This document shows, piece by piece, positions 63,687 to 64,000 of a stretch of 64,000 nt of DNA. Source of the DNA: Mobula hypostoma. Its lineage: Eukaryota. Below the pieces are notes generated by a model. That model was not told where the DNA came from and searched no databases. It worked only from the letters and a program-made list of their open reading frames with translations. Numbering within the stretch: position 1 is the first letter of the stretch; every line of letters begins with the position of its first letter. The DNA lies in contig NC_086108.1 in assembly GCF_963921235.1 (NCBI RefSeq), positions 85,748,001 to 85,812,000 on the forward strand. Reading direction: 5' to 3'. The position numbers and the translations under genes are program-made.

Positions 63687-64000
63687 GAGCTTAGTCATGA
63701 TGGTGCTAAATGGCGACTCCTTGCGTTGCAAATTCGGAAACAGCTCCATTTATATCTTTGATATCTCTTTTTCTCCTCCCTTTCAAGGTTCTTTTGAAGA
63801 CCCTGACCTGGAGTTGCGCTCTGACTTCAGTTCTTTGTGGGTATGGGACCTGCTCTCAGGGCCTCAAAATGGGCTGCTTTTTGATATCCCAAGGACGTGG
63901 CCTGGAAGACCTTCAGGGTGCCGGATTTTCATGGCTCTGGAGGCCGGCTGATTCACGGTTGGTGCCCCTGACTGAGGCATCGCGGGAGAACACTGAACAT
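63687..64000 (+). mobile_element. 5' end of a Rex1-related non-autonomous element, running off the window
   Basis: ATGATGGTGCTAAATGGCGACTCC start resembling the AAGATGGCG 5' ends; relatively GC-rich. Confidence 0.4.

Noticed and set aside
1..64000. CRISPR arrays, operons or other prokaryotic systems
   Set aside because: The sequence is vertebrate TE-rich DNA, with no regularly spaced repeats or dense gene structure.

Overview
Eukaryotic intronic or intergenic DNA made almost entirely of nested transposable elements. The repeat families suggest a cartilaginous fish, probably a ray or skate (inference). No host protein-coding gene could be identified with confidence, and nearly all ORF-track entries are TE remnants or their antisense shadows. 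The window holds three long decayed CR1 LINEs (ORF1 zinc finger plus SGNH esterase; ORF2 APE-RT), many CR1 3' ends, many Rex1/Babar LINE fragments, two Gypsy internal remnants, two solo LTRs, Penelope-like elements (GIY-YIG remnants and pseudo-LTRs with minimal hammerhead ribozyme cores), tRNA/V-SINEs, a Tc1 derivative and a TIR element with a 6-bp TSD. The main finding is a ~570-bp TSD-flanked non-autonomous retroelement in two copies (8481-9303, 55147-55718). Its first nucleotide is G1 of a complete HDV-like ribozyme fold that carries an unusual extra hairpin in loop L3. TE boundaries are approximate unless a TSD is cited.
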